From: an uncultured delta proteobacterium
Lineage (GTDB): Bacteria > Desulfobacterota > Binatia > UBA9968
NCBI GenBank assembly: GCA_963840855.1
Contig: CAWJBB010000060.1
Coordinates: forward strand, 1 to 44,666
Length of the DNA: 44,666 bases
Reading direction: 5' to 3'
The translations under genes and the position numbers were made by a program. The notes below the pieces were generated by a model. It did not search any database, had not been told where the DNA came from, and worked only from the letters and a program-made list of their open reading frames with translations. Each line of letters starts with the position of its first letter. Position 1 is the stretch's first letter. Positions 18,402 through 27,255 of this stretch are shown one piece after another.

Positions 18402-19142
18402 TTGAGAATTCATACTCGGGTAATAGTGGTGGCGCTGCTACTGGTCGCGTCTTTGGCCGGCGTAGGGCTAAAAATATATTGGCTATGGCGGCAAGGGCCA
18501 TGGAACTTGCCGGCGGCTATGAAGCCGAAACCCCTGGCGGATCGCGCCGACGAGAAAGCGGAAATCGGTAAGGTGCCCTCCATCGTCGGTACGGACGTGA
18601 TCGTCGCCAAAAATTTGTTTGATCCCGAAAGAGGCGCATCTAGAACCAAAGAGACGGAAGCGGATACGCGCGCAGCGCAGCGCATTCGCAGCATGGTTCT
18701 GCTCGGCACTGCAATCCTGGGTTCGAGCCGATACGCGATCGTGCAGGATGGGGATGGCGCGGGGCGCACGCCTGCTGGTGCGCCGACGGCGGTGCAGGGG
18801 CCACGGCGCATGAAAATCGGCGACAGCATCGAGGGATTCAATCTGACTGAGGTCGGCGAAAAGGCGGTGGTCTTTGCGAGGGGAGCGACGCGCGTGGAAC
18901 TGCCCATCGATTACTTTCGAAAAGTGCCTGTGGGCGTGGTGTCAACGACACCCCAGCCGGGACAACCGCGAGTGCCCGGTCAAGCCGCGCCGGGGCCCGC
19001 ACCCGGTCAAGCCGCGCCGGGGCCCGCACCCGGACAAGTTACGCCGGGCGCGGTGCCTGGCCAGCCCATGCCAGGTGCGGCTCCCCGCGTGGTTCCCAAT
19101 CTGCCGCGACGACCGCGATTGCCAACTCCGCCTTCGGAGTGA
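18402..19142 (+). CDS. gspC: GspC-like protein (TM + HR domain, no PDZ, Pro-rich tail)
   Basis: TTG start after AGGAG. KNLFDPER, LLGT....RYAIV, K.GD.IEGF.L..V....VVF. Lies directly before the secretin. Confidence 0.72.
   Translation: MRIHTRVIVVALLLVASLAGVGLKIYWLWRQGPWNLPAAMKPKPLADRADEKAEIGKVPSIVGTDVIVAKNLFDPERGASRTKETEADTRAAQRIRSMVLLGTAILGSSRYAIVQDGDGAGRTPAGAPTAVQGPRRMKIGDSIEGFNLTEVGEKAVVFARGATRVELPIDYFRKVPVGVVSTTPQPGQPRVPGQAAPGPAPGQAAPGPAPGQVTPGAVPGQPMPGAAPRVVPNLPRRPRLPTPPSE
18975..19037 (+). repeat. 27-bp in-frame tandem repeat (2 perfect copies + 1 partial) encoding PGQAAPGPA
   Basis: CCCGGTCAAGCCGCGCCGGGGCCCGCA at 18975 and 19002; partial copy at 19029. Confidence 0.9.
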
Positions 19143-19158
19143 GCGGCTCAAGGTACCA

Positions 19159-22100
19159 ATGAAAAAGCATATTTTGACACCAGTGATTTTTGCGATCGCG
19201 TTTATCTGCGGGGGGGCGGTATCGAATTGCATTGCGCAGCCAGAGCCCAGTCCAAACATTGCGCCGGACTCCGGTGTATCGGAGCCACGGGAAAAGCTGC
19301 CAGAACCGACGGCGCCATCGCCGTTGGTACCCGGCCAGGTTCAATCTCCCGCACCCCGATTCCCGGTGCCGTCTGTCCAACAACAGCTACAACAGCCTGC
19401 TCCGGGTGGCGAGGCGCCGCCGCCCTCGGTATCTCCCCCTCAAGTTTCGCCGACACCTGTAGCGCCCGAACGTAGGCTTTTACCTACACCTGCAGCTCCG
19501 GCGCCATCCGGCGGCATGATATCGCTTAATTTTACCCGCGCCGATTTGGTCGAGATCATTCACATTATCGCGCAACATCTGCGGCTGACCTACACCATCG
19601 ACCCGGAGGTGAAGGGCACGGTAACCATCAATAGCGCCGAGCCTCTCAAATCGGAAGATCTGCTACCGATCTTTCACCAGGTGCTGCGCATGAACGGCGC
19701 CGTGGCGGTGCGGTCGGGCAACCTCTACCGTATAGTTCCGATAAAGGACGGCAAGAGTATCGCCCGCCCGGCGGGACAGGGCCGCGAAGACAGTTTTGCA
19801 TTGCAGATCGTGCCGGTGCGTTACTTCACCGCGGCGGAGATGAAGCGTCTGCTGACGCCGTTCCTGATGGCCGGCGGCGAGATCGTCGAGAACCCGCGCG
19901 GCAACTTTCTCATCATCATCGATTTGCCATCGAACATCCAACGGCTCGTGGAGATCGCCGAGCTGGTCGACGTGCAGGTCTTCGCCGGCACGCGTATGGA
20001 GATTTACCAGCCCAAAGTGGCGAGCGCGGAAGAGCTGGCACAAGAGATGATCAAGATCATGCAGTCCTTTTCCGCATCGACGCCGCAAACCGACAGCTTC
20101 AACGCGCAGTTTATAGCGCTGCCGCGCATCAACCAGCTGCTGGTTATTAGCCACAGCGAAGCGGCGTGGACCTATGCCAAACGCTGGATCGACCGCATCG
20201 ACGTTGTCGCCGAAGGACCAGGGCGAAGAATATTTATTTATCCGGTGGAAAACAGCAAGGCTGCGGATTTAGCCGACGTGTTGGGCCAGGCGCTTGGCCT
20301 ACCGACGTCAACGGCGCGCGCGGCGGCCCCGTCTCTGCAGACTTTGCACCGTTCAACTGCAGGGGGAGGCAGCGGGACGGGCCCGGGGATGGGTAGAACA
20401 ACGTCGCCGACGGGCGGAGGTGGATTTGGCGGAGGTGGATTTGGCGGAGCAAGTCCTACCGGTGGCGCCCCATACAGCGGATTCGCTGCTGTCCCCGCGC
20501 CTGGGCAACCTGCGCCTCAAGGATTACCCGCGCCAACTCCCGTACCCGTACCCGCGCCTGGGCAGCCGAGGCCGGGCACGCCGACGACGCCCGCAGCGCC
20601 GGGAGCGAAACCTGAAGAACAACTGCGCGTCGTCGCCGATCCTGGAACCAATTCGCTGATTGTTTACGGTACGGCGCAGGAATTTCAAAACATAAAAAAC
20701 ATTCTTAAAGAACTGGACGCGGTGCCGCGCCAGGTGCTGATGGACGTGCTGATCGCCGAGGTGCAATTGAATAACGATGAGAGGTTCGGCGTTGACTACG
20801 AAATCGCGCAGGGGGCCGTCACTTTTTTTGGCCGGACCTTCGGTCAACGTGGTTCGGTACTGACGGGTATTCTATCGAGCATTGTGGCACCAGGGACCGG
20901 CGAGGTGTTCTCCCGGTTTCCGCAGGGTATCACCGGCATTATTGGCAATAGCCAAACTGTGCGGGCTTTGATTAACGCGCTGCAATCGGATTCGCGAATC
21001 CGCATCCTGTCGTCTCCCAGTGTTCTTGCCAGCGACAACCGCCCGGCGCGCATTCAGGTTGGCAGCGAGGAACCGATCGCGACGGGGCAAGTGATCGCCG
21101 CGACGGGCGCTGTCAATCCGTCTTCGAGCACCACCATTCAATATCGCAACACCGGGCGAATCGTAACCATCGTCCCGCAGGTAAACTCACAGGGGCTGGT
21201 GAACCTGCAGATCCTCGCTGAAGTCAGCCAGCGCGGCGCCAACGTGACCGTCGGCACCGATTCCTTTCCGGCTTTCGATATTCGCCAGGCGGAAACCACG
21301 GCGGTGGTGCAGAACGGTGATACCCTGGTTATCGGCGGGATCATTGCTGATAACCGTTCCCACGACCGGACCGGCATTCCTTATCTCATGGACATCCCGG
21401 TTTTTGGGCGGTTTTTTGGCACGACCACCGAGCTAACTCGCAGGACCGAGTTGATCATGTTGATCACGCCCAATGTCATTCGCAACCGGGAGGAGTCTCG
21501 GGCTACAACAGAAGAATTCAAAAACAAAGTCTTAGGTATACGCAATGAACTTGAACGCTTGAGGAGGGATCACGAGCGAGAGTTGGAAAGGCTCAAGAAA
21601 CTCGCGCCGGTGGAGCCCAAAGACGCAGAGCCCGACCAGCCCAACGCGACAACTCCATCGCCGGGAGCCTCGACACCTGGGCAGCAAGCTCCGGCTCGAC
21701 AGTCGAGTTCCACGCCAGGACGTGGTGCATCGTCTTCGGCGCCGGTAGTAAGAAGCTCGGATGCATCCGAGACGATTCAATCAGCGCCGCTGCGGGACCC
21801 CATTGAGTTCAGGCTCCAACGAAAGCTGGAAGCGCCGCCGGCGGCACCTGCGCTGAGCGCGGCAACGACTGAAAGCGAGGAATTGCCGCCAGCCATGCCG
21901 AGTAATCTTGAGGAGAGCAGGATCGCTTCATTGCAAAACCCAGGATTTGCAAACCTGGCGAAATCAGGGGCGACTGAAGCACAGAAGCCGCGCGCCTCGG
22001 CGTCGGCGCAAGTGTGGGTGATTCAGATCGCATCCTTTGCCAGGGAAGCGGATGCGCGCGCTCTTGCCGCCAAGCTGAAAGAAAAAGGCTACAATGTGAA

Positions 22101-22275
22101 CGTCCTGTCCAGCGAGGTCGTGGGCCAGCCTCGATACCGGGTCGAAGTCGGCCCGCTGGCGAACCGGAGCGACGCGCAAGCCATGCAGAAAGAGTTGGCG
22201 ACTGTCCACAAACTCGAAGAAGCCTTCGTCCTGACCCGCGGGACTAATCCCAGCTCGAGCGCCCAACCGCGCTGA
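19159..22275 (+). CDS. gspD: Type II secretion secretin GspD with C-terminal SPOR domain (1038 aa)
   Basis: Signal peptide and Pro-rich linker; N0 (ISLNF..ADL...IDPEVKGTVT); N1-N3; core (RQVLMDVLIAEV, GIPYLMDIPVFG.FF, RTELIMLITP). Then a linker and WVIQIASF...KGY...YRVEVGPL (SPOR). Confidence 0.93.
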   Translation: MKKHILTPVIFAIAFICGGAVSNCIAQPEPSPNIAPDSGVSEPREKLPEPTAPSPLVPGQVQSPAPRFPVPSVQQQLQQPAPGGEAPPPSVSPPQVSPTPVAPERRLLPTPAAPAPSGGMISLNFTRADLVEIIHIIAQHLRLTYTIDPEVKGTVTINSAEPLKSEDLLPIFHQVLRMNGAVAVRSGNLYRIVPIKDGKSIARPAGQGREDSFALQIVPVRYFTAAEMKRLLTPFLMAGGEIVENPRGNFLIIIDLPSNIQRLVEIAELVDVQVFAGTRMEIYQPKVASAEELAQEMIKIMQSFSASTPQTDSFNAQFIALPRINQLLVISHSEAAWTYAKRWIDRIDVVAEGPGRRIFIYPVENSKAADLADVLGQALGLPTSTARAAAPSLQTLHRSTAGGGSGTGPGMGRTTSPTGGGGFGGGGFGGASPTGGAPYSGFAAVPAPGQPAPQGLPAPTPVPVPAPGQPRPGTPTTPAAPGAKPEEQLRVVADPGTNSLIVYGTAQEFQNIKNILKELDAVPRQVLMDVLIAEVQLNNDERFGVDYEIAQGAVTFFGRTFGQRGSVLTGILSSIVAPGTGEVFSRFPQGITGIIGNSQTVRALINALQSDSRIRILSSPSVLASDNRPARIQVGSEEPIATGQVIAATGAVNPSSSTTIQYRNTGRIVTIVPQVNSQGLVNLQILAEVSQRGANVTVGTDSFPAFDIRQAETTAVVQNGDTLVIGGIIADNRSHDRTGIPYLMDIPVFGRFFGTTTELTRRTELIMLITPNVIRNREESRATTEEFKNKVLGIRNELERLRRDHERELERLKKLAPVEPKDAEPDQPNATTPSPGASTPGQQAPARQSSSTPGRGASSSAPVVRSSDASETIQSAPLRDPIEFRLQRKLEAPPAAPALSAATTESEELPPAMPSNLEESRIASLQNPGFANLAKSGATEAQKPRASASAQVWVIQIASFAREADARALAAKLKEKGYNVNVLSSEVVGQPRYRVEVGPLANRSDAQAMQKELATVHKLEEAFVLTRGTNPSSSAQPR

Positions 22276-22473
22276 CCCCCCGCTGCGTTGGCTTCGATTC
22301 CAGCGCTGCCCGTTCTTCCGTCCTCCCAATACCCTTCTGATTTTCTCTTTAGCGATGGCATCCTTGCGCTGTACTACTTATTGTCGCGATCTCCTTTACC
22401 CTGAAGCTAGGGCATGCCGGCGGTTTTCATAACACCCAGGCCTCTGTTATGATTCAAAGGTTGGACTTACAGC

Positions 22474-22649
22474 ATGGCTGGGCGCATAAACGAATTGAAA
22501 GCTCTGATCCGCGGCGCAGCCAGCGACATTGATCCGCGTCTGGAAAGGGGCTATTGTTACGAAATTTCCGACAGAGCCAGAGCATCGGCGGCGGCGTCCT
22601 GGAAGCGATCCTCGGCGCATCTGTTGATTTGAAGTTGCCGAGCGACTAA
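22474..22649 (+). pseudogene. yqeB: Internally deleted, frameshifted remnant of a YqeB-family gene (selenium-dependent molybdenum hydroxylase system)
   Basis: MAGRINELKALIRGAA (YqeB-like N-terminus) joined directly to DIDPRLERGYCYEISDRAR, then after a frameshift SIGGGVLEAILG (YqeB C-terminus). Not in the ORF track. Confidence 0.7.
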
Positions 22650-22673
22650 TAGCTTTCTAAGCACGAAATCAAA

Positions 22674-23609
22674 ATGGACGAGGCGAGCGTGAACCCAAAA
22701 GAGCTTACGATTGAACGCGTGCAGGAGATTCTCAGAAGCCAACAATATGTCTGCGACCGGTCGTTGGCGACGGTGGTTTACCTTTCGTTGGTAATGGGCA
22801 AACCGCTGCTGCTCGAAGGCGAAGCCGGGGTCGGCAAGACCGAGATTGCCAAAGTGCTTTCCAAGGTTTTGGACGCCAAGCTGATCCGTCTGCAGTGCTA
22901 CGAAGGATTGGACGCCAACACGGCGCTTTACGAGTGGAACTATCCCAAGCAGATGTTGCGCATCAAGCTTGAGGAGGTTGAAAAGGGCGACAGGCAAACC
23001 GTGGAATCCGAGATCTTCACCCAGGAGTATCTGACCAAACGGCCGCTCCTGGAAGCGATTCAAAGCGACGGCGCCAATCCGCCGGTGCTGCTCATCGACG
23101 AGATCGACCGCGCCGATGTGGAATTTGAGGCGTTTTTGCTGGAGGTGTTGTCGGATTTCCAGATCACCATTCCGGAAATCGGCACGATTCAGGCGAAGCA
23201 CCGCCCCTATGTCTTTCTCACTTCGAACCGCACGCGGGAAATTCACGACGCGCTCAAGCGCCGCTGCCTGTACCACTGGATCGAATATCCGACCTTTGAA
23301 AAGGAATACGAAATCATCACCACCAAGTTCCCGCAGGTGGAAGGGAACATGGCCAAACAGATCTGCGCCTTCATGCAGCGGGTGCGCGAGATGAATTTTT
23401 ACAAGCGGCCCGGTGTGGCGGAAACGCTGGATTGGGTGTCGGCCCTAGTCGCTCTCAACCGCCGAAGCCTGGATGACAAAGCGGTGGTGGAGACCATGGG
23501 CTGCGTGTTCAAATACCGTGAAGATCTGCATCATTTGCGCGAGCAGGTGGAAGGCAAACAGCTCAATCTGGACGCGCTGCTCAGAGTGTCGCCGGAACTG
23601 GTGAGTTAG
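22674..23609 (+). CDS. coxD: MoxR-family AAA+ ATPase, CoxD-like
   Basis: LLLEGEAGVGKT, RLQCYEGLD, YEWNY, LLIDEIDR, LTSNRTRE.HDALKRRC, PGVAETLDW. Confidence 0.9.
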   Translation: MDEASVNPKELTIERVQEILRSQQYVCDRSLATVVYLSLVMGKPLLLEGEAGVGKTEIAKVLSKVLDAKLIRLQCYEGLDANTALYEWNYPKQMLRIKLEEVEKGDRQTVESEIFTQEYLTKRPLLEAIQSDGANPPVLLIDEIDRADVEFEAFLLEVLSDFQITIPEIGTIQAKHRPYVFLTSNRTREIHDALKRRCLYHWIEYPTFEKEYEIITTKFPQVEGNMAKQICAFMQRVREMNFYKRPGVAETLDWVSALVALNRRSLDDKAVVETMGCVFKYREDLHHLREQVEGKQLNLDALLRVSPELVS

Positions 23610-23613
23610 CGAG

Positions 23614-24828
23614 ATGGACATTACGCCGGAAGCCGTCGCCAGCGCCGTAACCAGCGTCGCCTCGGTGCGTGGCCGGGGCACGCTGCCGAACTTGATGGCG
23701 TTTGCGCGCGTGCTAAAAACGCTTGGGATCAAGATCGGTTTGAGCCAGGTGATCGACACGGCGCGCGCTACCGATATGGTGGAGATCAGCGCCAGGACGG
23801 ATTTTCGCGCGCTGTTGCGCGCCAATCTGATCTCGCAAAAAGAAGATTTTCCGGCATTCGATATAGCCTTCGATTGCTTCTGGCGCGAGCAGGCTTACGA
23901 GCGGGTGCCGATGGAGACCATGGATATCGAAGGGACACCGACGGAATCCAACGCTCAGGAAGGCGGCGACGAAGAAGGCGGCATCGAAGAAGCCATCGCC
24001 GAGACCCTGGCGAAGGAAAACGTCGCTTTGGAAAACCTCGACGAATTTGCCATTCCCACCTACAGCGCCCAGGAACAGCTCAACCGCAAAGACTTCAGCG
24101 AGATGGGCGTGGATGAAAGCCGCGCCATCGCCCGCGCCATCCTGCTCATCGCCACCAAAATCGCCACCCAGATCAGCCGGCGCAAAAAGGTCAGCCGCAG
24201 AGGCGCGCTGGTCGACCCGCGCTGGACCATGCGCAAGAACATGAAATACGGCGGCGAAATCATCGATCTGGTGCAGCGCAAAAAACGCATCAAAAAAACC
24301 AAGGTCGTGCTGCTGTGCGACGTCAGCGGCTCCATGGATTGCTACAGCCGCTTTTTGATCCAGTTTATGTACGGGCTGCAAAACGAGTTGTGGGGCGTCG
24401 AGACCTTCGTCTTCAGCACCTCGCTCAGCCGCATCACCCATCTCATTCGCACCAAGGATATCGCCAACGCCCTGGAAAAAATCTCGGGCAGCATCCTCGG
24501 CTGGTCCGGCGGCACCAACATCGGGCGCTCACTCCATACCTTCAACCGCAGCTTCGCGCCGAGCATGGTGACCCATCGCACGGTGATCGTGGTCATCAGC
24601 GACGGCTGGGACCGCGGCGACGTTAGCCTGCTCGAACGCGAGATGCAGGACTTGAAGCGCCGCTGCAAGAAACTAATCTGGCTCAATCCGCTCTTGGCGA
24701 GCGAGAACTACGAGCCGCTCTGCAAAGGCATGCAGGCCGCGCTGCCGTACATCGATTTGTTTTTATCCGTGCATAATCTCAATAGTCTCATCGCCCTCGG
24801 GCGGACGCTGCAAAAAATGGTGGCATGA
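23614..24828 (+). CDS. coxE: VWA-domain protein, CoxE-like
   Basis: LCDVSGSM (MIDAS), F.FST.L..IT, WSGGTNIG, ISDGWD, IWLNPL. Confidence 0.9.
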   Translation: MDITPEAVASAVTSVASVRGRGTLPNLMAFARVLKTLGIKIGLSQVIDTARATDMVEISARTDFRALLRANLISQKEDFPAFDIAFDCFWREQAYERVPMETMDIEGTPTESNAQEGGDEEGGIEEAIAETLAKENVALENLDEFAIPTYSAQEQLNRKDFSEMGVDESRAIARAILLIATKIATQISRRKKVSRRGALVDPRWTMRKNMKYGGEIIDLVQRKKRIKKTKVVLLCDVSGSMDCYSRFLIQFMYGLQNELWGVETFVFSTSLSRITHLIRTKDIANALEKISGSILGWSGGTNIGRSLHTFNRSFAPSMVTHRTVIVVISDGWDRGDVSLLEREMQDLKRRCKKLIWLNPLLASENYEPLCKGMQAALPYIDLFLSVHNLNSLIALGRTLQKMVA

Positions 24829-24840
24829 TGGCGCACCAGA

Positions 24841-24905
24841 CTGGAGCGTTGGAGTATCGGAGGACTGGAATATTGGGTCTCGAACCCATCAGTCCAGTAT
24901 TCCAA
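24841..24905. repeat. Inverted octamer repeat element
   Basis: CTGGAGCG TTGGAGTA TCGGAGGA CTGGAATA TTGGG ... CCCATC AGTCCAG TATTCCAA. Confidence 0.7.
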
Positions 24906-24987
24906 TTGCTATGAGTCCACCGGTACAATAAACCGGTAAGTCTTTTTCAGGACGCTGCTTCAAACGCAACACAAGGAGGCAATTATC

Positions 24988-25383
24988 ATGGCAGGACCTG
25001 GAGCATGTTACGAACCAAGCGAGGCGGAAGGCAAGAAAAAAGATTCCATTTACCATCAGGTGAGAGAATTCCTCGACAAAGGCGAGACCCTGGCGGTGGC
25101 GACCATCGTGTCGACCAAGGGATCGACGCCGCGGGAAGTCGGCGCCAAAATGGTCGTTACGGCCTGGGGTGAAATCCTCGGCACCATCGGCGGCGGCTGC
25201 GGCGAAGCGGACGTGAAACGCGAGGCCATCGATGTGATCCGCACGCGCAAGCCGCGCACGGTGCGGATCGATCTGCTCGACGATATCTCCTCGGACAGCC
25301 CCGCGGTTTGCGGCGGCGTCATGAATGTATTCATCGACCCGTGGTGGCAGGAGCGCGACCGGGAGGCCGCGGCTGGCAAATGA
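24988..25383 (+). CDS. XdhC/CoxI-family N-terminal domain protein
   Basis: ATIV...GSTPR..GAKM, GTIGGGCGE, CGG.M.VFIDP. RBS AAGGAGG. Confidence 0.9.
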   Translation: MAGPGACYEPSEAEGKKKDSIYHQVREFLDKGETLAVATIVSTKGSTPREVGAKMVVTAWGEILGTIGGGCGEADVKREAIDVIRTRKPRTVRIDLLDDISSDSPAVCGGVMNVFIDPWWQERDREAAAGK

Positions 25384-26153
25384 GCTCGCTGTCCGAAGAG
25401 CTCGTGGAAATTTCCGAGCGGGGCGCAGCCGCGGTGCTCGCGACGGTGGTCGAAGTCGAGGGCAGCGTGGGTGTGGAGCCCGGCGCCAAATGCTTGATAC
25501 GCGACGGCAAGCTGAGCGCCGACACCATCGGCAATGCGCGCGTGACCGACGCCATCGTCAAAGAAAGCGACGCGCGCTTGCGCGCGGAAAAGTCGCAACT
25601 AGTCTCCCTCGATGTGCCCGCGGCGGGCGGCAGGCTCGAAGTATTTTTTGAAGTCATGCCGGCGCCGCCGAAGCTCATCGTGGTGGGCGCCGGCCATATC
25701 GCCGTGCCGCTGGTGCAGATCGCCAAGGTTTTGGATTTTTTCGTGACCGTCATCGACGACCGGTTGCTGTACGCCAACCGCGAGCGTTTCCCGGCCGCCG
25801 ACGAAGTGGTGGTAGGCGACATGGCGCAGACGCTCAAGGAAATGAATATCACGCCTTCCTGCTATATCGTGCTGATCACCCGCGGCCACGCCTACGACGA
25901 GCCCTGTCTCCGCGTAATTATGCATAGTCAGGCGAAATACATCGGCATGATCGGCAGCAAGCGGCGCATTAAGGCCTGCTTCCAGCGCTTCCGCGACGAG
26001 GAAAAGATCGCCGAGGAAGTAATCGAGCGGGTCTATGCTCCGATCGGGCTCGACATCGCGACTGAAACTCCGGCGGAAATTGCGCTGTCGATCTTGGGCG
26101 AAGTGATCAAAGTCAGGCGCGGCGGCAAGGCGGCGTCGCTGTCGGGCCACTGA
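25380..26153 (+). CDS. xdhC: XdhC/CoxF-family Moco-insertion chaperone (degenerate N domain + Rossmann domain)
   Basis: LIVVGAGHIA, V.VIDDR, TRGH..D, YIGMIGS.RR, PIGLDI..ETPAEIA.SI. ATGA overlap. Confidence 0.88.
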   Translation: MSSLSEELVEISERGAAAVLATVVEVEGSVGVEPGAKCLIRDGKLSADTIGNARVTDAIVKESDARLRAEKSQLVSLDVPAAGGRLEVFFEVMPAPPKLIVVGAGHIAVPLVQIAKVLDFFVTVIDDRLLYANRERFPAADEVVVGDMAQTLKEMNITPSCYIVLITRGHAYDEPCLRVIMHSQAKYIGMIGSKRRIKACFQRFRDEEKIAEEVIERVYAPIGLDIATETPAEIALSILGEVIKVRRGGKAASLSGH

Positions 26154-26164
26154 ACGGAATTGAC

Positions 26165-26587
26165 GTGAGCGCGCCGCGAATCATTAACGGGATCATTTTT
26201 TCGGACCTGGGCCAGGCAGCGAAATTTATGGCGCTGGATTGGGTGCGGCAAGCCTTGGCGGAGAGTTTGGGTTTCGCACCGTTTCCGGCAACGCTCAACG
26301 TCCGTCCCGCCAATCCAGGAGATGCCTTGACTTGGCAGTCGATCCAGAATGATGCACGTTTTTTTTCCCATATGCCGTCCCATGAAGGCTGTTGTCGCGC
26401 GCGCATTTACCGGATTGAAGTTAAAAGTGGCATGGATGGCAGCAGCCGCGGGACGCCGGCAGCGGTGCTCTTCCCGGAAGTGAATGATTATCCCAAAGAC
26501 AAAATCGAAATCGTCGCGCCCATGCGGCTGAAGGATGCCTTCGATGTCAAGGACGGCGATCGACTCACGTTGGAGTTTATCCATTGA
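26165..26587 (+). CDS. ribK: Archaeal-type CTP-dependent riboflavin kinase (DUF120 family)
   Basis: G.IFSDLGQA (cf. G.V.SGLGEG), LGF.PFPATLNV (cf. LGF.PYPGTLN), IEIVAP..LKD.F..KDGD (cf. EIIAP..LR....L.DGD). Confidence 0.82.
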   Translation: MSAPRIINGIIFSDLGQAAKFMALDWVRQALAESLGFAPFPATLNVRPANPGDALTWQSIQNDARFFSHMPSHEGCCRARIYRIEVKSGMDGSSRGTPAAVLFPEVNDYPKDKIEIVAPMRLKDAFDVKDGDRLTLEFIH

Positions 26588-27237
26588 ACAGCAGGCGCAG
26601 ACTCATTGTTGGCATCTCCGGGGCGACGGGCGCGATCTATGGCGTGCGCATGCTCGAGGTGTTGGCGAAGATTGAAGACATGGAGACCCACCTCGTCTTG
26701 AGCAAAGCCGGCAAGATGACGATCCAGGTGGAGACGCCGTACTCCGTCAAAGAGGTGGAAGCGCTGGCGGATGTGGTCCACGACATCAATAACGTCGGCG
26801 CGAGCATTTCCAGCGGCTCTTTTCGCACCGAAGGCATGGTGATCGCGCCCTGCTCGATGAAGTCCATGGGCAGCATCGCGCATTCCATCGGCGGTGATCT
26901 CCTGGTCCGTGCCGCCGACGTGGTGCTCAAGGAAAGAAAAAAGTTGGTGTTGGTGGCGCGGGAAACACCGCTCCATTTGGGCCATCTGGAGGCGATGGCG
27001 ACGCTCACGCGCATGGGCGCGGTGATCTTTCCACCGGTGCCGGCGTTTTACCATCGCCCCAAAACGCTCGATGACGTCATCAATCAAACCGTAACGCGCA
27101 TTCTCGATCAGTTCGACATCGACGTCAGCCTGTTCCATCGCTGGGACGATGAGGGCATGAGCCGCCACCCCGACGCGAAAAAACCCACGCCCATCGCTGC
27201 GGCGAAGGAACGCCGCGCGGTGAAAAAGCCTCGGTAA
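26584..27237 (+). CDS. ubiX: Flavin prenyltransferase UbiX
   Basis: GISGATGAIYG, A.ISSGS, APCSMK, RAADV.LKER, RETPL, PP.PAFYH.P, C-terminal RW. TTG overlaps the ribK stop. Confidence 0.95.
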   Translation: MNSRRRLIVGISGATGAIYGVRMLEVLAKIEDMETHLVLSKAGKMTIQVETPYSVKEVEALADVVHDINNVGASISSGSFRTEGMVIAPCSMKSMGSIAHSIGGDLLVRAADVVLKERKKLVLVARETPLHLGHLEAMATLTRMGAVIFPPVPAFYHRPKTLDDVINQTVTRILDQFDIDVSLFHRWDDEGMSRHPDAKKPTPIAAAKERRAVKKPR

Positions 27238-27255
27238 GAATCTCACGCCAGTACG

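Noticed and set aside
18874-19158. 95-aa N-terminal extension of GspD in the ORF track
   Set aside because: Overlaps gspC in another frame. ATG 19159 gives a proper signal peptide.
22674-24828. coxD/coxE as evidence for aerobic CO dehydrogenase
   Set aside because: No coxL/M/S in the window. These chaperones accompany many molybdenum hydroxylases.
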